NCBI RefSeq assembly: GCF_006345805.1
Contig: NW_021825323.1
Location: forward strand, 992,001 to 1,056,000
Source of the DNA: Octopus sinensis
Lineage: Eukaryota
DNA length: 64,000 bases
Direction: 5' to 3'
The position numbers and the translations under genes are program-made. A model generated the notes under the pieces. The model made no database searches, was not told where the DNA came from, and was given only the letters and a program-made list of their open reading frames with translations. Shown here piece after piece: positions 1 to 13,193 of this stretch; positions within the stretch are counted from its first letter, which is position 1, and each line of letters opens with the position of its first letter.

Positions 1-198
1 TAGATCGTCCACCTTGGCCTTTTTCCGTCCACAGTCATAGACTCTGACCCTCGGATCTGGTGGTACAGATAAGGACAATTACCAGGAACTCCTCGACAAA
101 ATCTTGATTTTGGAAAAGGCTTGTTTTTCTGGTATCGAGAACTATTAAAATATGTTAGGGATATTTAAATTGAACCATTTTGCTGGCTTTCGTCCCAT
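1..198 (-). CDS. RPL10: 60S ribosomal protein L10 (uL16), 5' part; runs off the window
   Basis: Spliced reverse strand gives [46 protein letters not shown], the RPL10 N-terminus. GT-AG introns at 142-175 (34 nt) and 57-82 (26 nt). Confidence 0.95.
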
Positions 199-218
199 TT
201 AGTAGTAATCTATATAAA

Positions 219-896
219 AATGTAAAATGAATTAAAATAATTGCTAATTAGGATACCAACAAGAGGAGCACGAGCTGTAATTTGATTAAAAAAATTAAAA
301 GAATATTTAAATATTATAATTATAAATAGAAAAATTCTTTTAATATATAATTTTAACATGATATTCATTTATTTGAGCATTCTTAACTTAACCAACATTC
401 ACAAGAGCGGAATAAATGGGGTTCAGCTTAATTTTTATTTGTTTTGGTTACAAACTCTAAATTATCTTTAGTAACCACTTCCACTAGAAAATTCTTTTAG
501 TTGTGAATAATTTGAAAAGGTTAGATCTCAAATTCTTTAATGAAACTGTTAAATGTGTTCTACCCAGCGTCTGGTTTTTAGCGATAAAAGAACAATTACC
601 GTTTTTTGGTTTCTCATAAAATCTCTAAATATTGTTTTTAACTAAGTGATTTAAAATTTTTTTTCTAGGTCTAAAAGACTTAATCAATAGAAACAGTAGA
701 GGATTTTTCAGTTATACAAACAAGACATCAATAATACTATTGATCATTTTAATTATCTTAAAAGCATGAAAAAAGCGTTTTCAATTTCTTTCTTTTTTGT
801 CTTTAACTAGGAGACACGAAGCTGCTTGCTTCTCCAAAACTTGCAGGTACAAAAAACCAAGAAATAAGTTCAGGAATGTCAGAATCACTTATTTAA
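219..896 (+). CDS. possible small multi-exon gene of unknown function
   Basis: Several GT..AG micro-intron-like segments separate short open stretches, and the region is divergent from RPL10. No complete frame or homology could be established. Confidence 0.2.
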
Positions 897-1157
897 ATTA
901 ACTATAGATAATTTCTTAGTTTTAGACTTTTCTTAATCATTTATTTCAACGATTTTTAGTTTTGCCAACATTTTTGATTTTCTCAAAAGTTTAAAAGTCT
1001 AAATTCAACATTGGAAGAAAATTAGACAGGTCAAAGGATTGTAGAAATCAAATTTAAAAATTAAAATAATTCTAATTTCCCATTTAAATTTATCTAAAAT
1101 TACATTTTAGAATTTTGAGTAAAAGATGGATAAAATTAAAGTAAGATATCAAATTTA

Positions 1158-3566
1158 TTAGATCCATAATTCCTTAATTTCATTAATACCGTCATCTATG
1201 CCTTTAAGCCAATATGTTGTCTGTTTTCCTTTTCCCTAAAAAATAATAAAAATTCAAAATATAATGACTTTTATATCAATAATTCCTCTTTCAATTGTTT
1301 TAAATCTGGGGTCCACACTCAACATTTTTTGACAGCTTGAGCTTATTTGTATTTTCATCGCTAAAATTTTTTGAAATAAAAACCACCTTCTCCGGTTGAC
1401 TCCATTCTGGAAGCAGTATTGACGGTATCACCAAACAAGCAATAACGAGGCATTTTTATTCCAACAACTCCTCCACAAACAGGACCTACGTTTTTAGACC
1501 TAAATAAAAATACCAGAGTGAATTCCAATTCGGATTTTTAGTTCATTTATTGTTTTTTCAGAAGGGATTTTCAGTTGATGGACAGCATTAAGAATATGCA
1601 GAGCCATTGCCCCAATTTCCAAGGCATGGTGAGGATTAACTTCTGGAATTCCCGAGGCAACCATGTAAGCATCGCCAATAGTCTCAACCTTTCAATAAAA
1701 TATCAAACTAATTATACTTTATAGACATCAAAATCAGCTATGATTGTATCAAGAACAGAATAAAGGTGATTTAATAAATTTACAACTCCCATTGGTTCCA
1801 ATTCTGAGCTAATTTTTGTAAATCCAACAATATCACTAAAATAAATTGTGACACTTTCGAATAATTTTCCTTTGACTTCTCTCCCTTGACGTAAATCCTC
1901 AGCTACTGACCTAATCAAATTGGAAACCAAATAGTCTTACATTGGTAACATCCGATATAAAAGATCTTCTGACCTAATCAGCAATTCTTCTGATCTTTTC
2001 TTTTCTTCTTCCAATTGGCATGTTCTTTTTTCGACCATTTCTTCCAGATTGTCGGCATATAAACTAAGTTGAAGCATAAGTTGGTCCACCACAGACGTTA
2101 TTTCTGTTCCTGGACAGTCTTTTCTGTTATAAATAAAATGAAACAGTCATACTTAATTATCTCAAGGATTTGTTTTGGTAATGGCCTTTTAAAAGGCGGA
2201 GAGTAAATACATGTATTGATTACGTCCAATATAGCCATAGGACAGTCGTTGTCCCAATAATCCATAAGATCTACTTTTGGAGCAGCATTATTTTTCAAAA
2301 TAAATTTTATAAGTTCTATGTGAAAATTTACGACTATGAAAAACATGCCTACTGGGTCTTTTTCTGTTTTTGAATAGACAAATGGGTGCTCTCGAGTGAT
2401 AATTTCTTGAAGAATGAGTCCAAAGCTATACATATCACAACAGCGTTCAGATTCAACCCCTCTATAGTCCTTTAGACTACCAAAGACCTCGGGGGCTGTC
2501 CAAAGAAGATCTAGAAGCCTTAAAAAATCAAATGATGAACCAATTGATAAATTTAATATTTCAAAATTACTGAGCGATCCGTAGTTTAAAAGGTTGATTT
2601 TTTTTCTTATTTTTGATTTGAACACATTTTTTGGGGAAAAATCCATCAATTTGACTGCATAGCGACAATCTACGATGCAATTTCGACTTTGAAGATAGCC
2701 ATGGAAATTTATTTTACTGTTCTGCAGATACTGCAATCCCTTTAACGTCAATTTATATTGGTTTGACATGCAAGATGTCTTTGATAAACGAAACTTTAAA
2801 TTTCCAGTCCATTTGAAAATCTTCGTCGAGGATCATATCTTGGAGAGTTCCTTTCGTGGTATGTTCGAACAACATCACTGCGACATTGTTCTCCAAAGAG
2901 GCTCCAATAAAACGAGCCAAATTATCATGGAAAATAAATCTCATCTAATTCATGGAATTGTGAATTTTTTACATTTTCAATGTCTTTAATAATTTGATTT
3001 TTTTCAGAGTTTTGAAATTTAATTTGGGTTACATATACTGGTTCGCCCTTTATGTCAAATTAAAAAAATTATTTTAATGAATGAATAGTTTAAAACAGTA
3101 CTTGATAAGTAGCAATTTTATCCGAAACCCTTTTGTTGTAAAAACTGAATCTCTTCACAGATTTCTTAAACAATTAAATTTTAAACCTACATAACTAAAT
3201 CTGCTTTTCTTGGTAATATTAGACTTGAGATATTGAAGTTCATTTTTGTCGATTTTCCACCATTTTTTGTTTAACGTATTATTCATCTTTCGCTTAATTC
3301 TGACTAGTTAGATTTCTAATGATTATAATTCACATTTTTAAATATGTTTCTTTATTTTTTTCCATGCCATGCTTCGTGAGTTGTCCAAATGGGTCTTTTT
3401 CATTATTTTCTGTAGTTTTATGCTGCATTTGACAAAAGTTAGTCGATAAAAAGACTATTAAGCAATTATTCACAACAAAGAACGCAACAAATTGACTGAA
3501 ATAATTGTGCAGCAAGCAAATAAAGAAGCTGTTTAAAAATTAAATTTTTTTATATTGCCTGTCCAT
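1158..3566 (-). CDS. receptor-type guanylyl cyclase (TM + kinase-homology + cyclase domains)
   Basis: Motifs [20 protein letters not shown] and [21 protein letters not shown]. Kinase-like exons [10 protein letters not shown] and LWTAPE, juxtamembrane WWKIDKNEL. Many micro-introns. Stop at 1158-1160; the start at 3566 is inferred through a GC-AG intron (3529-3558). Confidence 0.9.
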
Positions 3567-4255
3567 CCGCTCGGCGACTAATCTAATTTAATTATTAAAA
3601 AACTTTTAACTACTTATTTGAGTAATTCTAAACATTAAAAAAAATTTTTTATATAAACTATGAAACAAAAAACATATGAGTTTTCTTTTATAATCAAATT
3701 AAAAATTAAATTGAGCACAAGAATTAATTAGTAAATTAAAAAAAATCTTATTTTATCATTTAAGTAAGCTCTCAGCAATTGTTGATACTAATTCTTTTCA
3801 TTTATCGTAAAGACTTGGTGGATTTATTAAAATATTGAGGAATAGACGACATGGCAAGCTTATCGTTTCTGGTCAATGCGGTTTAAATTTTTGAATAAAT
3901 ATATTTAATTATTATATCAGGCAAATATTGATTATTCTTATTTTGCTTATTCAGTTTTTAAATGTTGAGCCAAACTCTGGTATCATTGGAGAATAATGTC
4001 TTCATTGATACAAACTTTTGTTCAGATTTTTGTCAAAAGTTGCTTTCTCCCGAAAGTCCCATTCTCAATATATAAGGCTCTTCATCCAATATCTGATTTT
4101 TAATATCGTCCATACATTACAATCGTCAGCAATAGTCATACCGCTCTCAAAACTTTTTGTTAACTACAATGCTTTAAATAAATTTAGATTTATAGAAATT
4201 AGTATCATCCGAACTATGAAATATACTCATTTGGCAAAAAAGAAATAATATGTTA

Positions 4256-4802
4256 TTAAAAGTAAGCATAATTCAAAGACGATCGTAACACAAGACGCAT
4301 TTCGACCTTGACTGGAACTTTAAGAATAGTAGAAAGCAGTTCTTCCAAAAATCCCATTTTAAAAAAATACTCAGTAGAAGGTATTGCGTATTTCAAAAAG
4401 CCAGTAATAACAACAGGTGCAGAAGGACGGCGTTTAATGATTGTTTCGGTCGAGAGGTCATGATCAAAGACACTCTTTACAAATTTCCTGATCAATGCGT
4501 CCTCAAACATAATATCTGAAGCAAGGTAAAAATCATCCAAATTGCCTAGTGGTCAGTTGGGTTAGAGTTACCAGTATTTATGGAATTCCACGACTTCTTT
4601 ACTGAAATGTGCTCAGGGGACTGCCATTGTTCGTATGTATAGTCCTTGGGTCTATTCGGAGAAGCCTTGGGAACTCCAGATCTGCGATTTTTAAACAGAA
4701 TCATTGATGTGTGGAGTTGACGTGATGGGAAAAAGTACTTCTGTATACATATGGATGTAATAAGCCCCCTTTGATAGATAAAACATGATGTACCCACTTC
4801 AT
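4256..4802 (-). CDS. MRPS24: mitochondrial ribosomal protein S24 (uS3m)
   Basis: YTYEQWQSPEHISVKKSWNSINTGNL, EDALIRKFV, IIKRR and YFFKMGFLEELLSTILKVPVKVE match the MRPS24 pattern. 26-nt intron at 4546-4571, plus a 25-nt intron just after ATG-AAG-TGG. Confidence 0.85.
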
Positions 4803-5123
4803 TAACAAATTTTAAAATTAATTAAAATTAAGATATTTTGAAATATTTTAAAAAAGTTCAACATCCACACTATTTTTTACAAATTTTAATTAATTAGTTA
4901 TTAAGAAAATCAACTCAATTGAAATATGATACCTGTTGTCCTGGTAATCAGCATGTGACGCCAAAATCAATATAATTTTGAAATTTAATTGGTATAAACT
5001 AAATAAATTTTTTTAATAAATTATTTTGCAAATTACATTGTTAATTAAAAAAATGAAATAGAATACCGCTTTATTACCGCTTAGAGTTTTCGTGTGGTTA
5101 TTTTATTTTTTAGATTAAATACA

Positions 5124-8100
5124 ATGATCTATCAATCAAATAATGAAATCTCATCAACCACCGAAATAGACGAAGTTAACTTTTTTATTTATAATATGAT
5201 TAGCGTAAATTAACTCTATATTTCCGTTGGCTCTTAAAAACTGCAAAAAAATCTGATATAACTTTTGTTATATCAATCGAACACAAAATTTCGTCATCCG
5301 ATTTACGTTCTCGTCTTGGGGATTCTTCTCTCTACCATTCCGCCTGTGAGGAGCTTGGCATTTTAGACGGAACGCAGATTCTTGGTATCCCTTCTATATT
5401 TAAGTGTTAGGACACGTAGAGATTATAAAAACTCTCATAAATCACGGATTGATGGAATCTCCAGAGGATATTGGATTATTGGCATATAAATTGGGAATAT
5501 TGGACATGGTTTTGTTTTTTTTGGACATATTTTTAGATCGCTCATTGCAAAATCATTGAATCTTTAATGAAATTTGTAATTATTGACTTGTGTGGTTTTC
5601 GATGTAAATTGGGACAAGTCTTTGACCCCACAGAGGCCATTGTAAAATGGATAAACGACGTGGAATTTTTTATTTTTGAAAATAAAAACGAACTATACGC
5701 CTCTTTTGACCACATTTTGGAAGCTAAGTCATCTTGTCTTGTAAAATTGTTTGGATTTTTATATCCTGATTTGATTGGTTTGTTTTTTATTTGATTTGTT
5801 TAGAGCAGAGTGGAATAGTTTGTGGACTAGATTCAATGAGAGAAATCTGTGATGAATTCTTTCCGGATATACCATCATTTAGTACTGAAGACATTTTTGT
5901 GAGTCACCATTCTCTAAGGCTCTATTTTTTGTTGATCTATTCGTCAATTTATAAAGCATTTTCCGAGAGAATTTCGCCATTTTTGCACAACCGAGCAGCT
6001 AATTCAGACGGATTGCTGTGTAATGTCAATTTTGATGAAATTTACTGTTTTTATTTTTTGGAATTTTTAGATGACAACAATTTTCAGGAGGATTCTGTCA
6101 ATAATTCTCAATTTTTTACTTGCAGGAGTTCTTTCCCCGTGGATTACTCGTTGGACTGTTCAAAAGATATATCCTCATTAAGCATAAAAGAATCACTGAA
6201 TTGTTTTTGAGTTTTGTGAATATATTTTTTAGTGGAGGCCATCAATGAAGTGGAAGGTATTGAAGAATCTGCCGTTTCTCAAATTCATGATCAAAATGAC
6301 ATCAAACTCGAGAATTCGAAAGATTTTGTGCAACCCCAAAAACGTGTGTCATCGAAAGAAGAACAAGGTGGTCGAGAATTGCCTATCCTACAGAGGTCTC
6401 TGTCACTTGTCAAGAAATCGAAATAAACCCAAACAGTACAAATTCAGGAGAGGAAGATGTTTTCAAACCTTCACTTTTAAGTGATTGTCGTTTAAGCCGA
6501 GATATTAATGATGGCAGACGTCGATTTTATTAGATTATGCTTAGATGTTCACTTTAGCACGAATGAAATTCAAACTGTTATTAATTTGGAAAGTACGTGT
6601 CTCAAAAGAAGTTCGAATGTATCAAATCTATTTGATTACTGCGATCTAACCCAAGAGGATGATTCCCTCGAAGGTAATTTTGATTTTATTTTTGTAGAAA
6701 TAAACATAAAATATGACGTTGAGATTACTGACGATGAAGAAGTCATTCCATGCAAAGTTGAGGAGGATGTTTCCCTTGAAGGTAGTTTTGATTTCATTTT
6801 TGTAGAAATAAACACCAAATATGAGGTTGAGATTACTGACGATGGAGAAGTCGCTCCATGCAAAGTTGAGGAGGAAGTTTCCCTTGAAGGTAGTTTTGAT
6901 TTCATTTTCGTAGAAATAAACACCAAATATGAGGTTGAGATTACTGACGATGGGAAAGTCGCTCCATGCAAAGTTGAGGAGGAGGATTCCCTTGAAGGTA
7001 ATTTTGATTTCATTTTCGTAGAAATAAACATTAAATATAACGCTGAGATTCCTGACGATGGGAAAGTCGCTCCATGCAAAGTTGAGGAGGAAGTTTCCCT
7101 CGAAGGTAGTTTTGATTTCATTTTTGTAGAAATAAACACCAAATATGAGGTTGAGATTACTGACGATGGGGAAGTCGCTCCATGTAAAGTTGAGGAGATT
7201 TTTGAAGGTTGTGTTCTTAATTGATTTGTTCAGAAACTGATGAAAACGTAGTCGGACTTAATTTTGTCAGAGAGAATAGGCAGAATTCGTTTTCAAACGA
7301 TTTCCAACTGATTAGTGATGAGTCGTTTGAAAATTTCAGTTATTACTAATTGTATGATAAGCATAGTTCCGATTTGTTCCAATATTCAAGATTTGGAGTT
7401 CATAGAAGTAGACCCGGATGAAGCATTTTTACCAATAATTGACGACGAATGTTATTCTCAAGTTGTCACAGAAGAATTAGAACCCCTGGTTAAACTTAAG
7501 AGGACGTGTTGGAGTAGACCGTCATTGTTTATTTGTTAATTAATTTTGTAGGCCTTTTCAACAAATCGACAGCAACTTGCAACAAAAAACAGTTTTTTGT
7601 AAAATAAAATATTTTTTTAGAATAGTCCTGACAATGTACAGAAGGAAGATGAATTCACAGTCCCTCAAACTGGAAATACGGAATTTGAGTTGTGCGGGGA
7701 CTCAAGAAAATGTGGTGAAATGGAAACAGAGAAAATCGTTGAAAATAAGCAAAAGAACGAACAATACTTTTTGGATTTTGAATCGCATCCAAATTGGAAG
7801 GAAGCTCGATTACGTCGTGAGAATAAAATTAAGACCGGAACTCGTATATCGTCCAGAAGGTATTAACGTGTTTATTAGTTCACAAGGATTAATTCGGCGG
7901 GAAATTCTTACGTTAACAAAATGCTTTCGACAAGAGATCGTAAATTTGTTTTTTTATGTCTTTAGTTCCGGTTAAAGCTGGGGCTAAGCCTCGGACAAAT
8001 AAATCACGTATTGTGAATGCTATAAAAAATGTCTTACTTCCGGGACTTGTTGACAGAGATTTGCAAAAGACCGTGCTTATGGTGGTTTTGTGTTTTTATT

Positions 8101-8423
8101 CGAGGATGTCGAGAACTGTCGAGATGTTCAACATTTCCTGGTTTACTTGGGAGGAGGACTTTTGAAGTATAAGGGAATATATTCGCACAAGGGGCAATCT
8201 GCCTCCAAAATATCCGGGTCGGGGCCAAATGTAGTCGATGACTGCATAGTTTCAACTTTTTTCAAGTATTTGCTATTTTTCCATTTATAGATTTGACTGT
8301 GCTTCTAAAAAATTCACCCCTCTTGATGGAGTTAAACATTTCTCGATACAAGTGGACGGATTTTCTCTGCTGAGTCCAATAGCACAAACAAAAGCACTGT
8401 TACATTCTCGTGGTTTCCATTAA
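5124..8423 (+). CDS. CAMSAP/Patronin-family microtubule minus-end protein
   Basis: Spliced N-terminus (ILGHVEIIKTLINHGL, MIAHCKIIESLM, AIVKWINDV) and a CH-like region (CLVKLFGFLYPDLI, SFSTEDIF) resemble CAMSAP. C-terminal CKK domain: KPRTNKSRIVNAIKNVLLPG...HFLVYL...YKGIYS...GSGPNVV...FFKFDCASKKF...FSIQVDGF. Confidence 0.85.
6661..7207 (+). repeat. five tandem 108-bp units, each an 84-nt exon plus a 24-nt GT-AG intron
   Basis: GAAG|GTARTTTTGATTTYATTTTYGTAG|AAATAAAC recurs with donors at 6674, 6782, 6890, 6998 and 7106 (period 108). Confidence 0.9.
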
Positions 8424-8668
8424 TGCTTATTTGTTTTCTTAGTATTATTTTTTTGCTTTTTTATTTTAGTATATTTATTTGGATCCGTCATTTTTTTAAG
8501 TTACACATTTCAGTTTGATAAATTAATATGATTTTATTATTAAAATATAGTTTTAGCAAATTAAATATTCTCTTATTTAAGGCAAATAGAAGAAGCTTCT
8601 GAAAAGCAATTTTATCGGTCTTTTTCTCCTCTTTTGACTATTCGAATGTTTTATTCTATTAACTAATA

Positions 8669-9899
8669 CAGATAACCTCCTTTGGGGCAAACCTCTGGCT
8701 TGGGGAACCTCTATTTTTGGGTAGTTTTTTTGAAAAGATATAATTTTATGCGTTAATTTCTAGATTTGAAATTACCGGAACCCCGAAGTGGGGCACATGA
8801 TTTTTAATTTATATCATATTTGCTATTAAAATGAACTGGGCTGTTCGGACAAAATTTCCCACAAATATTATCGTCTCCTCTCCTCATAATTTATCCCAAA
8901 AGTTGATAAAATTGTTTTTGAGGCTTTCAACAAGACAAGGGAAGAATTTATTCCTATGTCCGGTCCTTTTTTAAAAAACATTGCTTTCAAAGTAGCAAGG
9001 ATGTTGAATTATTCGGCGTTCAGAGGGTCCGATGACTGGTTGGAAAAATTTAAGAAAAGACATCAGTTGCCATTACAAATGACAAATGATTAGCAAAAGA
9101 GAAAAATTGTTTTGTTACTTGATAGCGCAAGCTGTCGTAAATATATCCATCTTTCCAACATTGAATTATTTTTCTTTCAAAAAAATAAAACCTCATTAAT
9201 TTAACCGTTAGACATTGGTATTATTAAATCTTTTAAGTCCAATTATCTTAACGCTTATTGGATTTACTCTTTATTTTGAGTAAAAAAATAAATCTTCGTA
9301 ATGTTATAATAAATTTAAAAACGTGGCAAAATTTAATCCTGAAACAATAACGAATTGTTGGGAAACAATTAATACTGTCGGCAACAGATTCCTAGTTCAA
9401 ATTTTTTAGTTGACAGTGAGAATGAAAATTTGGACACGATAATTGCAGACGTAATTGCTGAAAATGAAGAAGACAATGATAATGAGTCAATATATGATCA
9501 AACTGAATGCAACTGTTCACACTTGGACACGATAATTAATAACCTTGGAGAGAATATTCACCGTTTGTTTCCAGATTAAAATTTCAGAAAAATATTGGGC
9601 ATAAATATGAAGAAATCTGCAACAGGAAACCAATAACAGATTATTTTTGTGTAATAGAATAAAATTTTTTTTTACTTAAAAACTTTTCTACTTAAAAAAT
9701 ACTCTAATTATCAATAAAATTAGTGGAAAAAAAGTTTAAATGTTCTTAAAAATACTTTACTTATTTATAAATTAATGACAAATATGCTAAAACTTAAAAT
9801 GTTTATAAAAATGAAAAAATTTTAGACCTCCATTTTTTAGAAAACCTCCATTTTTAGGGCAATTTTTCAAAATTGATGCCTCAAATGGAGGTTATACTG
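8669..9899 (+). mobile_element. internally deleted pogo/Tigger DNA transposon relic
   Basis: Ends are TA|CAGATAACCTCC and GGAGGTTATACTG|TA (TIR with a 1-nt indel, TA TSD). Decayed CENP-B HTH (PMSGPFLK...GSDDWLEKFKKRH) and DDE_1 motifs (LLLDSA, PLDIGIIKSFK). Confidence 0.8.
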
Positions 9900-10011
9900 T
9901 ATCAGTTTTCAGAGTTCAGTTTCTTGGTAAATAAAATAATTAATGATTATAAATTAAAAAAGGATAATTTGGTTGACAGTAGTAATTAAGCGATTCAAAT
10001 TGAATAGTTAT

Positions 10012-10963
10012 TTAAAATTCCGAAATAAATTTAAGCAGCAATTCTACGACTGACGAAATGCAGTTATTTGCAACGTTGATTACGTCATGACCGGATACAG
10101 AATTTCCATGATCTTCAAAAGCACTGCATTTATTGGAAATAAGAGATATGGCCACTACTTTCATTCCAGAGTTAAACGCGCAAATTGCCTCATGGGAAGT
10201 ACTCATTCCTATAATGCATTTAAAATTACAACCAACCAACTGCGTCACAATTATTTCTTAATAAAAAATTTATTTCAAAAGTCGTTTCATAATGAGGACC
10301 GGCTACAGAGGCGTAGATCCCGAAATGAACATTATCCATTTTCAGGATTTTTGCACAGTTTATTAGTTTTAAGCTTAATTCTCTATCATATATATAACCA
10401 GATGAAAAAAACGGAGAACGCAATCTGTCACAATTCTATGAGTAGATAAAAATAGGTTACGATACTTGGCTTTCAATTGCAAATTTGCTATTTCCTGGGA
10501 AATAAATGTGATCCTTTATTATCATCAAGTCTCCAACATTGTAGGATTGGTTAATCCCTCCTGCGGCGTTAGTCAATATTACTATGTCTACTCCTAGTAG
10601 CTTGAAAAGTCTAATTGGTGTAGATATCTAAAAATGGAATTCTAAACTAACCGAAGATGGATTATGACCTTCGTACAAATGAAACCGCCCTTGTTGAACA
10701 ATTATAGATTTTCCACATGGTGACATACCAAAAACGAACCTTCCCTGATGAGAAGGAGCTATTGAGGAATAAAGTAACAAACTACCTGTAGGAACTTGTA
10801 AGTTTGGAATGTCACTAAAAGGTATAATGATTTGGTTCGTTAAAATATTGATGATTTCTCCAAGTCCGGAACCACAGACTATTCCTATTGATGGTAAAAC
10901 ATTTATCCGTTTCATCAAATAAATCTTCATTTCTTCGACATTTTTATTTGAAGATGTTGTCAT
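10012..10963 (-). CDS. PNP: purine nucleoside phosphorylase
   Basis: IGIVCGSGLG, QGRFHLYEG, GPHYET and GMSTSHE motifs across micro-intron-separated exons. The exact start is uncertain. Confidence 0.92.
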
Positions 10964-12944
10964 TAACAATTTTGGCTTTAAAACCACCTAAATATGATTA
11001 GATTTACAATTTATGTGGCTTAAATAAACTTTTTAAAGTAATTTCAATTTTACCGCAAACCGCAAATTAAAACGCAATTTCCTTCCAGTAAAGTTTGACA
11101 CACTAGCCTTTAAGATTAGTTAAATTGTAGAAGGGAATAACAAAATCAGACCAAAAAACAATTAATTTCATGATTTCAAAAAAGCATAAAAATATATTTA
11201 TTGATTTTCGATAACTAAATGCGTATGTGTAGTCAAAGTTAATTATAATACATACTACTCAAAATACTTATGAATCAATTAAAAAATTGAAAAATTATAT
11301 TTTCTTAAGAACAGTTTCCTGAATTCAATTAAGAAATTGAAAAATAATATTTTCGTGAGAACAATTAGCCCATAGAGATTAAAATATTGATAGACAGGTA
11401 AATCTTGTTACTACATAATTTTTTAGATTATTATATCAAGTTTTTTTAGTCTGCCTTTTGCAACATACAATGAAAATAAACAATAATTTATGAAAAATAA
11501 TTCAATTGCGATTCTGAGAAGCAACGTCTTCTCAATCATAAGTAGTTTTAGATTAAAACTAACTTAATAAAAGTTCTGACTTGACAATTTACAGAAATCT
11601 TTGTTATTTGTTTTTTACCTAACCAATTTGTTCTGGTTTTGACGGTGTTCTTGGTTTAATTAATAATTTGTTTTTTTCACAAACGCAATAAAGCAATCGA
11701 AAATTTCAGATCTTCTCACTGAAAAAAATAATGTAAATATATTTTATCTAAAACTCTCAGGAAAAAACATTTTAATTATATTCTCCTTGTTCAAAGATAA
11801 AAGATTCTCGCTACATCTTGAAAGTTTCTCTGTTTCTTAAAAAATCTAGATCTTTTTTCTTTGTAGTTTTTGTTTACTTGTAACAGATCTCCGTTAAGTA
11901 AGTCGGTAAAGTAGTATTAGGCTCCCGCAAAATCCTTCCTGGACCTGTACGAAGTAGTTTTCCGTCATAATTTTTAACCAAAACTTGTGAATCTATTTTT
12001 AAAAGATACCCAAACAATTTCTATTTTGCATTTAGATTTTCATCTTGGACTCAGTTTATTTTATGACGTTCCCTGTCTGATTCTGGTACAAGCTGCCTAT
12101 GTTTTCAGTTTTTTCTTTCTTTGCACGTAATGTTCTACAATTGTATATTAGAATAAGAACTACAAACGCATTTTAGTTTTTGTCTTTGTTTTCGGGTCTG
12201 ATTGTCAGTAATTTTTTACGTTTATGTTTATTGAATCCCTGAACCATTGAAAAAAGCCATTTGGTCATGTTTTTATAACATTTCGAATGATTTCACAATA
12301 ATACAAGAAAAAATCTAGATTATCTTCATAAATTATCTTGGTGTCAAAAGGGCTTAAGACAATGAATCTTCATGGTCTCTTACGTGATATAAAACAAAAT
12401 ATGAAGTAGTTTTTTTCAGTTTCTTTTCACTAGTTTTAGTATAACTTATGTCGTCTAAGTTAAAAAATAAATTTTTTTGATGAATAAAATCGAATGCTTG
12501 AAAAATGTCTATTGAAAATACCACTATTAATTATGATTATAATTATTCAGAAAATCTCAATTAAAGTTGATTTTCATGGGTTCATTATTTATTTCGAGCT
12601 AGAAAGTTCTTTACCTGGGGTTGGGTTATCTTGCAGGCAGAATTAAGTGGTATCACGATCCGGGATTGTGATGCTCAATTGGGAATGCTACTTCAATCTA
12701 ATCTCCTTGCTTTAATTCTGCCATTATAATTTCTAAAGTCTTTCTCAGAGCGACGGATTAGACATACAGACTCTTACGAAGACGTCAATCTTGATAAAAC
12801 ATATGTGATTTCTGTAGTACTGTGAAGTCGCCTTATCGATTAGACCCAGATCCTAAGTCAGGTGATCGTATTTGTGGAACTTTTCAACTTTTACGTGCTT
12901 CATTGAAGCTTATGACATTATTCAGACTTTGATTAGAGTTATTA

Positions 12945-13162
12945 TGTCGCGAGCGCAGCGAGCGACCGAGCGCAGCGAGCGACCACTCAATTTCTAGATC
13001 CGATCAATCAACAAATCTATAAATTGACAAATACCCAGGAATAGGAATAGGAAGTTTTATTGGAAACAGAGAAGGGTTAAAGGTTAGGGGGGAGTTTGTA
13101 TAATGAAACAATAGGACTACCCTATCGACTTCTTCCCAGAAAAAAAAGAGACCCCCTCAAGT

Positions 13163-13193
<31 letters not shown>

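Noticed and set aside
5086-5123. Trans-splice acceptors just upstream of start codons (also at 56792)
   Set aside because: GT donors lie 22-28 nt upstream, so ordinary 5' UTR micro-introns explain them.
5310-5460. Ankyrin repeat (GHVEIIKTLINHG)
   Set aside because: The surrounding sequence fits the CAMSAP N-terminal region better, and no further ankyrin repeats follow.
6661-7207. CRISPR-like or noncoding satellite array
   Set aside because: The units are wholly repeated with no unique spacers, and they lie in frame within a eukaryotic CAMSAP gene.
7956-8290. Tyrosine recombinase (Crypton) suggested by LCFYSR
   Set aside because: That peptide is read through a 23-nt intron. The spliced product is a CKK domain.
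11880-12400. Possible gypsy integrase C-terminal relic (VLVKNY...TGPG)
   Set aside because: Too degenerate, with no catalytic motifs or LTRs to support a call.
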